Source of the DNA: Deltaproteobacteria bacterium
Lineage (GTDB): Bacteria; Desulfobacterota; Binatia; Binatales; Binataceae
Reading direction: 5' to 3'
DNA: 64,000 nt
Assembly (NCBI GenBank): GCA_027317185.1
Contig: DAHVFB010000001.1
Span: 35,954-99,953 of the forward strand
Shown: in pieces, positions 46,252 to 56,551 of the stretch
Numbering within the stretch: the first letter of the stretch is position 1
Layout of the letters: each line of letters opens with the position of its first letter
Translations under genes and position numbers: made by a program
Notes under the pieces: generated by a model
What the model saw: the letters and a program-made list of their open reading frames with translations, nothing else
Database searches by the model: none
What the model was told of the DNA's origin: nothing

Positions 46252-47094
46252 ATGCCCCACCTCACAGTTCAACCGTCGATAAACGACGCGCGGAGTCAGG
46301 CCCTGCTGCAACTGATCGAGCGGCTGGGCGCGATCGATCTGACGCCGATGCTGGTGTATCGAATCGATTCCGTGCCCCAGACCACGTTGCCGTTTCTGGC
46401 CTGGCAATTCGACATACTTTCGCCGCTATGGCAGCTAATCGCCCCCGACGGCGTCAGTATCGATGCGCTTACGGACATCGACACGCTTACCTCGATCGAT
46501 ACCCTGAGCGGCCCTGGCGGGCCGGCGGGCGGCGGCCAGCGCGCGATGCTCAAAACCGCCATCGCGCTGCATCGGGTACGTGGCACGCCGGCGGCGATCA
46601 AACGCGCGCTATCGCAATTGGGCTGGGGGGCCGTAAGCCTGATCGAAGGGCAGCAGAGCTGGGGTGGCAGCACGTATCCCGCGAATCAGGGATGGGCGGT
46701 CTTTCGCGTGATACTCGATGTCGCGGATAACCAATCGGTTGCCGCCTCGGACCTCAACCTGATTACCGCCGCGATTAATTTCTTCAAGCCGGCGCGCGCG
46801 TGGCTGGACTCCGTATGGTTCATGCTGCCGCCGATCATCGACGACACTCCGGTTCCGGCCGATCGGTTAAGCGCCGGCGGTATCGCACAAATCGAAATCG
46901 ACAATGCTCCCGAGCCGGCGGACGCGCTGCTGTCCAACGTAACGTCCGCGCCGCTTTCGGACCAGTACGGACCGATCACCCCGCGGTACAACGCGCATTA
47001 CCGGCATAGCGGAATCACCTATGGCGCCGCTGAACCGGTGGTCGCGGATTCGGCACTCGTGATCGGCGGCAACCCTGTCTTACAAGGAGGATAA
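46252..47094 (+). CDS. Phage tail protein I
   Basis: LPFLAWQFDI..W motif of P2 gpI-like proteins. Follows J. Confidence 0.65.
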   Translation: MPHLTVQPSINDARSQALLQLIERLGAIDLTPMLVYRIDSVPQTTLPFLAWQFDILSPLWQLIAPDGVSIDALTDIDTLTSIDTLSGPGGPAGGGQRAMLKTAIALHRVRGTPAAIKRALSQLGWGAVSLIEGQQSWGGSTYPANQGWAVFRVILDVADNQSVAASDLNLITAAINFFKPARAWLDSVWFMLPPIIDDTPVPADRLSAGGIAQIEIDNAPEPADALLSNVTSAPLSDQYGPITPRYNAHYRHSGITYGAAEPVVADSALVIGGNPVLQGG

Positions 47095-47095
47095 A

Positions 47096-47617
47096 ATGGA
47101 GTTGATTCGGACCCGTCTCGATCTTTCGGCCAGCATCTCCACTCGGCGTCCCACGGGAATCGTCGGCATCCGGATCTTCCGGCATGGGATGCTGATCGGT
47201 ACCCACGACTCGCCCAACCTGTTCGTCAACGCCGGCCTGCCCGCGCTGGCGGCGCTACTCGCGGGCGACACCGCCGGTCAGTCCGCCACCGCCATCGGTT
47301 TTGGCTCGGGTTCCAATGCCCCGGCGCTGACGGACACCGGCCTGAGTTCGCCCGCATACTATAAGGCGCTGGACAGCCATGCCGAGAACGGCACGAATCC
47401 AGGGTCGGGCAGCGTGCAGCTCAATTGGAGCCTGGTCGCCGCCGACAGTGGGGCGCAAGGTATCACGATCCAGGAACTGGGGCTGTTCGCCAATCCAACC
47501 GCGGTCGCGCTGCCGGGAACCAATTCGCCGACGATCCTGCTCGCGCGCAAAACGATCTCACCGATCACCTTCAGTTCCGGGATGAGCTTGACCGGAACCT
47601 GGACGCTTACTTTTTAG
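47096..47617 (+). CDS. Phage tail hypothetical protein
   Basis: 173 aa, between tail protein I and the fiber. Confidence 0.35.
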   Translation: MELIRTRLDLSASISTRRPTGIVGIRIFRHGMLIGTHDSPNLFVNAGLPALAALLAGDTAGQSATAIGFGSGSNAPALTDTGLSSPAYYKALDSHAENGTNPGSGSVQLNWSLVAADSGAQGITIQELGLFANPTAVALPGTNSPTILLARKTISPITFSSGMSLTGTWTLTF

Positions 47618-47671
47618 CTGACCATCGAACATCGCGCTCGCTCTGCGCAGACCCAATCGACTTAGGCTGAG

Positions 47672-48271
47672 GTGACCATGACGACCTTGATCGACAATGC
47701 GGAGTTCACGGCGGATGAAGTTTACGAAATTCAGGCGACCGACACGGTTGAAGGCGCGGCCACTGGCGCGAGCTTCGGGGGGATCGGAATTTCAAACCAA
47801 CCGCATCAGCAACTTGCCAACCGTACCGCGCTTCTGAAGCAACGGCAGGACACTAACCTCGCCAACATCTCCGCGCTGCAGACCTTTACCGCGCAGTTTC
47901 GGGGATCGTTGCAAGGTAACGGCTATCTTGAGATCCCGATCATCGACGTGGCTCGCGGCGCGGTGGTGGCGATAATCCAGTGGGGCTACTACTCACTGCC
48001 AGCCACAAAAATCAGCGGCGATACTCAGTATTCGGTGGTCTGGCCGATTCCGTTTCCGAACGCGATCCTGCTCCCGCCGCTGGCGACCAACGTCTACGCG
48101 GCGACCGGTGGCGAAAACACCGTGGCCTCGGTGATCTCCTATGGTACCGCCAGCGCGGTGTTCGTACTCGACGTGCCCAACGGCATGGTCACTGCGGGCG
48201 GCCAGACCGTTATTGGGGGCAATGGACCTGAGAAAAGCAACGGCTTCTCCTGGCTCGCGATCGGCTTTTGA
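47672..48271 (+). CDS. Short tail fiber protein
   Basis: N-terminus NAEFTADEVYEIQATDTVEGAATGASFGGIGISNQP..LANRTALLK resembles conserved tail-fiber N-terminal anchor domains. Last gene of the tail module. Confidence 0.5.
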   Translation: MTMTTLIDNAEFTADEVYEIQATDTVEGAATGASFGGIGISNQPHQQLANRTALLKQRQDTNLANISALQTFTAQFRGSLQGNGYLEIPIIDVARGAVVAIIQWGYYSLPATKISGDTQYSVVWPIPFPNAILLPPLATNVYAATGGENTVASVISYGTASAVFVLDVPNGMVTAGGQTVIGGNGPEKSNGFSWLAIGF

Positions 48272-48284
48272 CGGCGCGACCGGT

Positions 48285-49040
48285 TCAGCCCATCGCGGTG
48301 CCGCCGTTCACGCTCAGAATCTGGCCGGTGATGAAACCCGCCTCGCTCGAAGCCAGAAATGCGACCGCCGCCGCGACGTCTTCGATCTTCGCCATCCGGC
48401 GCATCGGGATCATCTGCATCATCGATACGATCAATGGATGGTTTTCGGCGGCGGCGCGCTTTACCTCTTCAGTTTCAACCCCGCATGGCGCCACGGCGTT
48501 GATGGTAATCCCTTCGACGGCGAGTTCCCGCGCGAATCCAACCGTCGCGCCATGCACCCCACCCTTCGCGCCGTTGTAGATCGTGTGCAGATCGAGGCCG
48601 GTGTAGACCGAGTCGGCTCCCATATTCACGATCCTTCCGTATCCACGTTTTTTCATGCGTGGGATGACCGCCAGCGTCGCCCGCAGCATGGTCCACAGGT
48701 TCCGATTGATCGTCGCCTGCAAGGTCTCTTCGGTATGCTCGAGCGAAGGACGCAGGATTCCGCCGCCGGCATTGTTAACCAGGATATCGATCCGGCCAAA
48801 CGCCTGCTCGGTCTCGGCCACCATCTTTTCGGCCACTCCCGGCTGACCGAGATCGCCCACCGCACAGAGCGTGCGCACGCCAAAAGTCTTCGCAACTTCG
48901 CCGGCCACCGCGCGTGCGTTATCGGACAAATCGCCGATCATGATCGCGGCGCCTTCGGACGCCAGCCGCCGCGCGATTCCCAATCCGATTCCGCCCGCCG
49001 CTCCGGTTACGATCGCCACCTGATCACTGAATCTTGCCAT
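48285..49040 (-). CDS. SDR-family oxidoreductase
   Basis: TGAAGGIG Rossmann motif, NNAG, YNGAKGG catalytic motif. Confidence 0.75.
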   Translation of the reverse strand: MARFSDQVAIVTGAAGGIGLGIARRLASEGAAIMIGDLSDNARAVAGEVAKTFGVRTLCAVGDLGQPGVAEKMVAETEQAFGRIDILVNNAGGGILRPSLEHTEETLQATINRNLWTMLRATLAVIPRMKKRGYGRIVNMGADSVYTGLDLHTIYNGAKGGVHGATVGFARELAVEGITINAVAPCGVETEEVKRAAAENHPLIVSMMQMIPMRRMAKIEDVAAAVAFLASSEAGFITGQILSVNGGTAMG

Positions 49041-49079
49041 GGCTTCCTTTTACGCCTTCTTGTTAATCTTCCGTTCAGA

Positions 49080-49556
49080 CTACAAAATTATGCTGACCTT
49101 GCCGGTCGGCCGCAGCGCTTCGAGGTCGAGAATCGCCTTACGCAGGCTGATCTTCAGCCCGGACCCGTCGCGGCGCAGCGTATGCTCGTAATGGCCGACA
49201 TAATAATCGGAAATCTCGCCGCGAAAACGATAGACCGCGAAGTTCGACCACAGCAGCATTTCGGAACCGTCATCCTTTAGCACCCGCACGTTGCTAATTA
49301 ATCGCCGGGTACGCGATCGCGGCGACTCGGCATGCGCATGGGGACTCTCCAGCCGTGCGATGCGGGCGCGGAGACGGACCATGTCGTCAGCGATCAGGAA
49401 CAGCGTGTTTTCCGGATTGCCTTGCGGCCGATCGGTTGCAGGCACCCAGTACTGCGCATCCTCGGTCAACAGCGCGAGCCACTCCTGCAGGCGCCACTCA
49501 TCGAGTAGCGCCGCCTCGTGATAGAGAAAATCTTCGGCTTCCGCCCTTGTCAGCAT
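49080..49556 (-). CDS. Aromatic ring-hydroxylating dioxygenase beta subunit (NTF2-like)
   Basis: Start at MLTRAEAEDFLYHEAALLDEWRLQEW. Typical beta-subunit fold signature. Confidence 0.65.
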   Translation of the reverse strand: MLTRAEAEDFLYHEAALLDEWRLQEWLALLTEDAQYWVPATDRPQGNPENTLFLIADDMVRLRARIARLESPHAHAESPRSRTRRLISNVRVLKDDGSEMLLWSNFAVYRFRGEISDYYVGHYEHTLRRDGSGLKISLRKAILDLEALRPTGKVSIIL

Positions 49557-49617
49557 AGCCCCAGTCGCCTCGGTTTGTGAGTTTTCGTTGGTGCGGCCAG
49601 TATGCAACAGGGCCGAA

Positions 49618-50931
49618 CTACGCGACGGCGCGGCGTCTGGCCGCCGATCCGTCTTCGATTTGTTGTGACCAGCGCCGCCAGAACGATCGCATCTGTTCCT
49701 CGTCGCTCATGTCGGCATCGTGAACCATACCGCGCGAGATATCCGACCATTCAACTTCCTTCGAGGCCCGGAATCCAAGCTGGCATGAGTCCAGCGCCGC
49801 AAGATCGTCCGGGGTCGCGAAACCACCCGGCCCCAGAAAGGTGAGAAAATTGTCCAGCCGTATCGCGCGCCATTGCGCCCCTTCATTTCGTGGAGTCATC
49901 GCCCAGGCCGACACTTCGAGGTAGTCGGGCGCGATCGGATTCCATGTGCGCACCGTCAGCGACATGATGTCGTTCACGATCAAACTTGGATAAATATGCA
50001 GATTGCGGTTCCAATTGGTGATTCGATCGGCGCGTTTCTCACCGTAGCGTTCCGCCAGCCGCCGCCGCACCGCCGCCATCTCGCCCTTTACCTTTTCGCC
50101 CCATCGCGGCTCCCATTTTGCGCACGGACGTCCCATCGGACCGGTATGCTCGATCACTCCATGACCATTGCCGAGCGCCCGCGCATGTCCGCGAACCGGC
50201 TCATTAAAATCGGCGCCGGTGCTGCGCAGATATTCGAGGTAAGTATGGTGAGTGGATCGCAGATGGTAGCCGTCGATACTGTTTTCGACCAACAGTTTCC
50301 AGTTTGCCCGGAAAGAATATTTTTGGCTGCCCGGCGCAATTTCCATCCCGTCTTCGGCCTGGTCGAGAATGACGTCGAGCACCTCCTTGGCGTCCGCGAG
50401 ATAATCGACAAAGTCCTCGATCGCCGGATCGAACGACAAAAAAATCATGCCGCGATAATTGGTGGTGCGCGCGGGCGCCTTCAGGCTCAGCGTCTCGCGC
50501 CTGAACGCGCCGCCATAGCCGGCCGCGTCGGGCACCCCAATCAGATCGCCCTGATTGTTGAAGGTCCATGCGTGATAGAAGCATTGAAATGATTTCGCAT
50601 TGCCGTCCGATTCCCGGCAGACCTGAGCTCCGCGATGGGTACAGGAATTGATCAACACGCGAATCTGACCATCGGCGCCATGGCTCATGATCACTGGACG
50701 CCCACCCACGTCTCGTGTGACAAAATCGCCGGGGTTACGAACTTCCGATTCATGGCCGACATAGAGCCACGAGCGATCGAAAATATTGCGCCGCTCGAGC
50801 TCGAGAATTTCCGGCGAGACAAATACAGATCGGTTAACGCGAAATATCCCATTGCGTTGATCATCGATCACCAGCTTCGTTCTGCCATTCGCCTGCATCA
50901 CGATACCTCGCGAACTGCCCGGCATGGACAA
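49618..50931 (-). CDS. Rieske non-heme iron ring-hydroxylating dioxygenase alpha subunit
   Basis: Rieske CTHRG...CFYHAW plus a mononuclear-iron catalytic domain. Confidence 0.8.
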   Translation of the reverse strand: MSMPGSSRGIVMQANGRTKLVIDDQRNGIFRVNRSVFVSPEILELERRNIFDRSWLYVGHESEVRNPGDFVTRDVGGRPVIMSHGADGQIRVLINSCTHRGAQVCRESDGNAKSFQCFYHAWTFNNQGDLIGVPDAAGYGGAFRRETLSLKAPARTTNYRGMIFLSFDPAIEDFVDYLADAKEVLDVILDQAEDGMEIAPGSQKYSFRANWKLLVENSIDGYHLRSTHHTYLEYLRSTGADFNEPVRGHARALGNGHGVIEHTGPMGRPCAKWEPRWGEKVKGEMAAVRRRLAERYGEKRADRITNWNRNLHIYPSLIVNDIMSLTVRTWNPIAPDYLEVSAWAMTPRNEGAQWRAIRLDNFLTFLGPGGFATPDDLAALDSCQLGFRASKEVEWSDISRGMVHDADMSDEEQMRSFWRRWSQQIEDGSAARRRAVA

Positions 50932-51082
50932 GGGCCGGACAGATACTTTGCCCTCATTCTGCTACTTAGCATCCTCAGATAACCGTATCAAATGAGAATC
51001 AGGAAGCTGCTTACTTGATTCATTTTGAAGTGGCGGAGTATTTTCCAAGGCAGATCATCGCGTTTCCGCATTTTGTTTCTAT

Positions 51083-52795
51083 ATGTCATCGGCCGCGCAA
51101 AACGATTTCATTAATCTGCCATTCCAGGAGAAACTTGAGTTTCTCTATGGATTACCGGCGCGCCAGAAGCGCGATTTGATTCTCGCTTCGCCCGAAGCCG
51201 AGCGGTTGGTGCAATCCTTCGCCCCCGACACACTTTTCTACACGCTCAAGGAAATCGGAGTTGCCGATGCCGGCGATCTGCTGAGCCTCGCGGTGCCGGA
51301 ACAGGTGCGCTGGCTGTTCGACCTCGATTGCTGGAACAAGGACCGGCCGGATTTCAGCCGCATGCGCGAGTGGGTCGAGGTGCTTTCCGAGTCCGGCCGG
51401 CGGCGGATGGCCGAAGCGCTGATGGCGCTCGATCTTGAATTGGTGGCGCTGCTGATGCGCCAATACATTCGCGTTTATCGGCTTGACGATCCGCAAATGC
51501 TGCCCGAGGTGGCTTCCGATCATTTCGTGCAATTCGATGAGCATTACCTGGTCGAGTTCACCCAATCGGATACGGTTGGCGCATTCGTCCAGGAATTCAT
51601 CGAGGAGGCGTTCGAAAGCGATTACAATTATTTCGCCGGCCTGATGGAGGAAATCTATTGGGGCGTCGAGGCCGAGCTTGAAGAGCAGGCCTATCAATTC
51701 CGCATCACGCGGCTGGCGGACCGCGGCTTTCCCAATTATTTCGATGCGCAGGACGTGTTCTCGTACGTCAATCCGCAACGCTTCGCCGATATCCGGCAAA
51801 CTTATTCACCGCCGACCCGCTCCGATCTGCCCAGCGATTTCGATCCGGTGCCGCATGATATGGCGCCGGTGACCGGCGGTTCCGATCATTCGCTGTTTAA
51901 TACGGCGCTCACCGCCGGCTTCGCCGCGCAGGGCAAGCGCCAGTTGCGCAGCGAGATGGCGACGGTGACCAATCAGGTGCTGGTGGCGAGATCGGTCGAT
52001 TTTGGCGATCTCGATGCGGTCAGGGTCGCGGTCGAGATGACCCACGATTACCTGAATCTCGCACTCGAGCATCTGGCCGGCGGCGATCTGACGGCGGCGA
52101 TCGAGCATCTGCGCGATACCCACCTGAAGCTGCTGTTCCGGCTCGGCGTCAGTCTCACGATCGACCTGCGCAAGCGCGCCGAAGCCACGGTCGAGAGTCT
52201 TGGTCTCGCGGCGCAAAATTCGCCCAACGTCGCTTACCTCGACTCGCCGTACCGCGAAGCGCTGGCGGGATTTCTCGAACGCCAACCCCGCTTTTTCAGC
52301 GCGCTCGATCGCTCCGGCGCGGTCGCGATGCGCGAATTCCGCACCATGCGCGACCTCCATCTCGCCTATGGCGTGCTCGATCAGATCGGCGCGATGCCGG
52401 AATTGTTCCGCGCGCTGCTCGCGCTCGATATCGCTTCGCCCGGCTTTCGCTCCGCAATCGCCGGCCACGAAATCAGTCTCAGCCAGATTCTGCTCACGGC
52501 CTGCGCGCGCTATGCGATGGACCGGCGGCTCAGCATCGATCCGATTGAACCGGAAAGGCTGGCCGAGATGCACGCGGCGCTGATGACACGAGGTGATCAT
52601 CCGGCCCATCTGCGGCCGGAGTTCCATCAGCGCCTCGACCAACTGCTGGAACAGCGCCTGGATGAAGCGACCCGCAAACGTGCGGCGGCTTTTGTAAACT
52701 CATCCTTGAACATGCTCGAAGAGGAATTTGGCGGCCTGCGCGCCGATGAACCGATCGATCCGCGCTTCGTCAGGGTCGTGATGATCCGGCGTTAG
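51083..52795 (+). CDS. Conserved hypothetical protein (570 aa, mostly alpha-helical)
   Basis: Long ORF with good coding texture. No recognised motif. Confidence 0.45.
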   Translation: MSSAAQNDFINLPFQEKLEFLYGLPARQKRDLILASPEAERLVQSFAPDTLFYTLKEIGVADAGDLLSLAVPEQVRWLFDLDCWNKDRPDFSRMREWVEVLSESGRRRMAEALMALDLELVALLMRQYIRVYRLDDPQMLPEVASDHFVQFDEHYLVEFTQSDTVGAFVQEFIEEAFESDYNYFAGLMEEIYWGVEAELEEQAYQFRITRLADRGFPNYFDAQDVFSYVNPQRFADIRQTYSPPTRSDLPSDFDPVPHDMAPVTGGSDHSLFNTALTAGFAAQGKRQLRSEMATVTNQVLVARSVDFGDLDAVRVAVEMTHDYLNLALEHLAGGDLTAAIEHLRDTHLKLLFRLGVSLTIDLRKRAEATVESLGLAAQNSPNVAYLDSPYREALAGFLERQPRFFSALDRSGAVAMREFRTMRDLHLAYGVLDQIGAMPELFRALLALDIASPGFRSAIAGHEISLSQILLTACARYAMDRRLSIDPIEPERLAEMHAALMTRGDHPAHLRPEFHQRLDQLLEQRLDEATRKRAAAFVNSSLNMLEEEFGGLRADEPIDPRFVRVVMIRR

Positions 52796-53604
52796 CCGCT
52801 CAACGGAGGCGCTCTGAAGGTAATCGCCCGCGCGGTTCCGTCGTGACGCGCCACGATGGTGACTGGCGCGTTGGCGCCCACCCGGGCGGCGGCTGCGCTG
52901 AAGCCTTCGAGCGTGTTAACCGCGTCGCCGTCAATGCTCACCACCACGTCACCTCGCGACAGTCCGGCGGCGGCCCCAACTCCGGCGGCATCGGTGATTA
53001 ACAGGCCGCTGCTGTCAGACCCGTTGAAGTAGCCTGCAAGCTGCGGGGTCATTTGCTGCATCGTCAGGCCGAACTTTTGGATTGTGGCCGGAAGTTGAAC
53101 CGTGGTCAGATCGCTCGCGCCGGGATGCTGGAAAAGTTGTTCATTAACATAAATCGGCGCGTCGGTGTTCATCGCCAGGGCAATCGCATCGCTGGGGCGG
53201 CAATCGACCTGGTATTGATCATCGTCCAGCGTGATGTACGCGTAGTAAGTTCCCCCGCGTATCTCACTGATCACCGCCCGATCCAGATGATTGCCGGTTT
53301 TCTCGATAATCGAACTTAATAGCTGATCCATCAGCGGGCGTCGCAGCTTCACGCCGTGCATCGCGAGCACGATAGCGCGGGCCTCGCTCTCGCCAATCAT
53401 AATCGGCAGCGAGCGGCCGTGCTTATCGCGCAGTAAAACATAATGCGTTCCCGTCCGGTTATCGACGCCGATCCGCCCCACCTCGACCTTGACCTGGCTG
53501 ATCGCGCGGGAGGCGCCGGGCCGGCCGATACAGCCGCCGAGCATCAAACTGAAAATCGCCAGCCAACCGCATATTGTTTTTATGGGCACTCGCGTAATCT
53601 TCAT
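52792..53604 (-). CDS. Bifunctional nuclease (DUF151/BFN) domain plus PDZ domain lipoprotein
   Basis: BFN-like core (HYVLLRDKHGRSLPIMIGESEARAI...DCRPSDAIALAM) followed by a PDZ (GLLITDAAGVGAAAGLSRGDVVVSIDGDAV). N-terminal lipoprotein signal. Confidence 0.6.
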   Translation of the reverse strand: MKITRVPIKTICGWLAIFSLMLGGCIGRPGASRAISQVKVEVGRIGVDNRTGTHYVLLRDKHGRSLPIMIGESEARAIVLAMHGVKLRRPLMDQLLSSIIEKTGNHLDRAVISEIRGGTYYAYITLDDDQYQVDCRPSDAIALAMNTDAPIYVNEQLFQHPGASDLTTVQLPATIQKFGLTMQQMTPQLAGYFNGSDSSGLLITDAAGVGAAAGLSRGDVVVSIDGDAVNTLEGFSAAAARVGANAPVTIVARHDGTARAITFRAPPLSG

Positions 53605-54236
53605 CTATCCGCCGTCTCGATCCCGTCGTTGAACTCACGTGCAATCAGATAAAGTTCCGACGATCCAGGCCGGCTGGCTTTGGTGCGCGCGATATCGACG
53701 CGGACGAATTTTTTCCTGAAGCGGGCCACCAGCGGTTCAAAGTTGGCATTCATGAAAATCTTCGCGATCATCGCGGCGCCGGGCCGCAGCACCGACGGCG
53801 CAACCTCCAGCGTCATCTGCAACAGCTCGTCCATCCGCGCCTGATCGCGATCCGCGATGCCGCTCAGCCGGGGCGCGAGATCGCTGGTCAGCAGACCGGC
53901 GCGGCCGCCCAACTCTTCGGCCATACTCACCTTAACCGCTGGATCGCATATATCGCCGGTAATCGTGCGCACGTTCGGAAAGCTCGCACGCACGGCAACC
54001 AGATCGACGCCCACCACGCGGCCGCGAGATCCCACCGCGCGGCTCAGGATCGCGAGCCATCCGCCCGGTGCGCAACCGAGATCGAGCACGCACTCGCCGG
54101 GCCGCGCAAGCCGGTAGCGATCGAGCAGCTCTTCGATTTTGAAGGCGGCGCGCGAAGGCAAACCCTTCTCGCGGGCCTTCTGGAAGAATCGATCATGCGG
54201 CCGATACGTCGCCATGCGTCCTCCAGCATAGCGCAA
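53601..54236 (-). CDS. rlmE: 23S rRNA (Um2552) 2'-O-methyltransferase RlmE/FtsJ
   Basis: SRAAFKIEELLDRYRL...VLDLGCAPGGW motif. Confidence 0.85.
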   Translation of the reverse strand: MRYAGGRMATYRPHDRFFQKAREKGLPSRAAFKIEELLDRYRLARPGECVLDLGCAPGGWLAILSRAVGSRGRVVGVDLVAVRASFPNVRTITGDICDPAVKVSMAEELGGRAGLLTSDLAPRLSGIADRDQARMDELLQMTLEVAPSVLRPGAAMIAKIFMNANFEPLVARFRKKFVRVDIARTKASRPGSSELYLIAREFNDGIETADR

Positions 54237-54313
54237 ACCGGGCTTGTATTGGCGTTGCGCGCCGGAGGCGGTATCTTATTCGGTCTCGGCTGATTTCCCC
54301 TTCACCGCAAATT

Positions 54314-56506
54314 TTGGAGTTTATGTCCTCACTCGATCTGGAAAAGCTCAACCCCGAGCAACGCGATGCGGTCATGGCGCCCGACGGTCCGATCCTGATT
54401 CTGGCCGGCGCCGGCTCCGGCAAGACGCGTGTGCTGACTCATCGTATCGCCCATCTGCTGGCCGAGGGCAAAGCTACGCCCGATCAGATGCTCGCGGTCA
54501 CCTTCACCAACAAGGCGGCGCGCGAGATGCGCGAGCGCGTCGCGGCGCTGGTCGGCACCGGCGCCAATCGCATTTGGATCAGCACCTTTCATTCCGCCTG
54601 TGCGCGAATTCTGCGGCATGAAGCGCCGCGGCTGGGCTTCACGCCCGACTTCACCATCTTCGATGAAGGCGATTCGCTGACCCTGCTGCGCCGGATCCTC
54701 GAAGAAGCGGCCCTGCCGGATTCACCCACTCCCGAAATTGCGCGAGCGCGCATCAATCAGGCCAAGAACGAAGCCGTCTCGCCCGCGCACTTCGCTGACG
54801 CGGCGGCCGGCGGCCGCGATCTGACGCTGGCGAAAATTTATCAGCTTTATCAGGATCGGATGCGCGCGATGAACGCGCTGGATTTCGACGATCTGCAGTT
54901 TCTCACCTTCCATCTTTTTGAGCGCGAACCGGAGGCGCTGGCGCGATGGCAGGGACGCGCCGCTCATCTGCTGGTGGACGAGTATCAGGACACCAATAAC
55001 GTGCAGTATCAACTGGTGCGGGCGCTGTCGGCGCGCACTGGAAACCTGTGCGTGGTGGGCGATGAGGATCAGTCGATCTACCGCTGGCGCGGGGCCGATA
55101 TCCGCAACATCCTGGATTTTGAGCGCGACTTCCCCAACGCACGAATCTTCAAACTCGAACAGAACTATCGCTCGACCAAGACCATCCTGGCTGCCGCCAA
55201 CGACGTCATCCGCAACAACAGCGAGCGCAAGGTTAAGACGCTGTGGACCGAAAACGGCGATGGCGACCAAATCGTCTACTACACCGGGCTTACCGAACGG
55301 GACGAGGCCGACTTTATCGCCCGCGAAGTTGCGCGATTGACGGGTGAGGCGCGAGTGCGTCCCGCCGACGTGGTGGTGTTCTATCGCGTCAATGCCCAGT
55401 CGCGGGTGATCGAGGAAGCGCTCGTGCGGCGGCGGATTCCCTATTACATCGTCGGTGGCGTGCGGTTTTATGAGCATCGGGAGATCAAGGATCTGCTGGT
55501 CTATCTGCGCCTGATTATCAATCCCGCCGACGCCCTCAGCCTGGAACGGCTGGTTGGCGTGCCGCCGCGCGGGATCGGTGCGCGCACGGTCGAGGTGATG
55601 CGCGAAGTGGCGGCCGATGCGAAAATTCCTCTTTACGAGGCGATGGGTCGGCTGGAGACGGAGTCGCGCGTGGCGTTTCGGATCGCGAAGCAGGCCTCGG
55701 CGCTTTACGAATGGCTGCGCGATCTGATCGGCCGCGCCGCGAGCATGAGCGTCCGCGGCGTGCTCGATGAGGTGATCGATCGCAGCGGCTTCGCCGCCTA
55801 CCTCGACGGGCTGGCCGACGGTCCTACGCGCAAGCAGAATGTGGCCGAGATGCTGGCGGCGGCGAGCGCTTTCGATGCTGAAAGCGGCACCGGGGGGCTG
55901 GCGGATTTTCTCGAACGGGTGGCGCTGGTCAGCGACGCCGATCAGGTGAACACGGCCGGCGGACGAATCGCGCTGATGACGCTGCATACGTCCAAAGGGC
56001 TCGAGTACCCGGCGGTGTTCATCGCCGGCATGGAGGAGGGCCTGTTTCCGCATAGCCGCGCGCAGAACAGCGATACCGAGGTCGAGGAGGATCGGCGCCT
56101 GTGCTACGTCGGGATGACCCGCGCCCGTGAGTTGCTGTACCTGACCAATACCCTGTCGCGCGAACTGTATGGAACCCGGTCGGAGTCGCGATCCTCACGC
56201 TTTCTCAACGAAATATCCACCGAACGGATGCGGCGTATCGCACCCGAACGCGAACGCGAAACGTCGTTACTCAGGCCGCCGTCGCGCGATCCTTATATCG
56301 ATTACACCGACAGCCAGCTACCCGCCGACCGGGAATCGGGCGAATTTGCCGCGGGCACGCGCGTGATCCATCCCACTTTAGGGCGCGGCGTGGTGCGCAA
56401 GAAGGAGGGACGCGGCGATGCCGCCAAGGCCTGGATCAATTTCGATCGCGGCGGGATCAAGCTGCTGGTGCTGAAGTTTGCCAATTTACGCCCGATTGCC
56501 GATTAA
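54314..56506 (+). CDS. uvrD: ATP-dependent DNA helicase UvrD/PcrA
   Basis: LNPEQRDAV, Walker A AGAGSGKTRVLTHRIA, and the SF1 motif set through TLHTSKGLEYPAVFI. Confidence 0.9.
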   Translation: MEFMSSLDLEKLNPEQRDAVMAPDGPILILAGAGSGKTRVLTHRIAHLLAEGKATPDQMLAVTFTNKAAREMRERVAALVGTGANRIWISTFHSACARILRHEAPRLGFTPDFTIFDEGDSLTLLRRILEEAALPDSPTPEIARARINQAKNEAVSPAHFADAAAGGRDLTLAKIYQLYQDRMRAMNALDFDDLQFLTFHLFEREPEALARWQGRAAHLLVDEYQDTNNVQYQLVRALSARTGNLCVVGDEDQSIYRWRGADIRNILDFERDFPNARIFKLEQNYRSTKTILAAANDVIRNNSERKVKTLWTENGDGDQIVYYTGLTERDEADFIAREVARLTGEARVRPADVVVFYRVNAQSRVIEEALVRRRIPYYIVGGVRFYEHREIKDLLVYLRLIINPADALSLERLVGVPPRGIGARTVEVMREVAADAKIPLYEAMGRLETESRVAFRIAKQASALYEWLRDLIGRAASMSVRGVLDEVIDRSGFAAYLDGLADGPTRKQNVAEMLAAASAFDAESGTGGLADFLERVALVSDADQVNTAGGRIALMTLHTSKGLEYPAVFIAGMEEGLFPHSRAQNSDTEVEEDRRLCYVGMTRARELLYLTNTLSRELYGTRSESRSSRFLNEISTERMRRIAPERERETSLLRPPSRDPYIDYTDSQLPADRESGEFAAGTRVIHPTLGRGVVRKKEGRGDAAKAWINFDRGGIKLLVLKFANLRPIAD

Positions 56507-56551
56507 TAACCCTTCCCGTATCATCTGAGCGAACATCGGGAGGGGCATTTT

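Larger units (their letters stand above)
17710..48271. mobile_element. Mu-like prophage lacking transposition/integration genes. Regulatory, lysis, packaging, head and contractile-tail modules with an internal 7.8-kb cargo island.
   Basis: Genes follow Mu late-region order: Mor, lysis, gp27/28 terminase, gp29 portal, gpI, gpT, gp36, gp37, L sheath, M tube, chaperone, then P2/Mu baseplate and fiber. They start at a divergent CI-like repressor. No A/B transposase or integrase between the repressor and mor. Boundaries are approximate. Confidence 0.6.
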
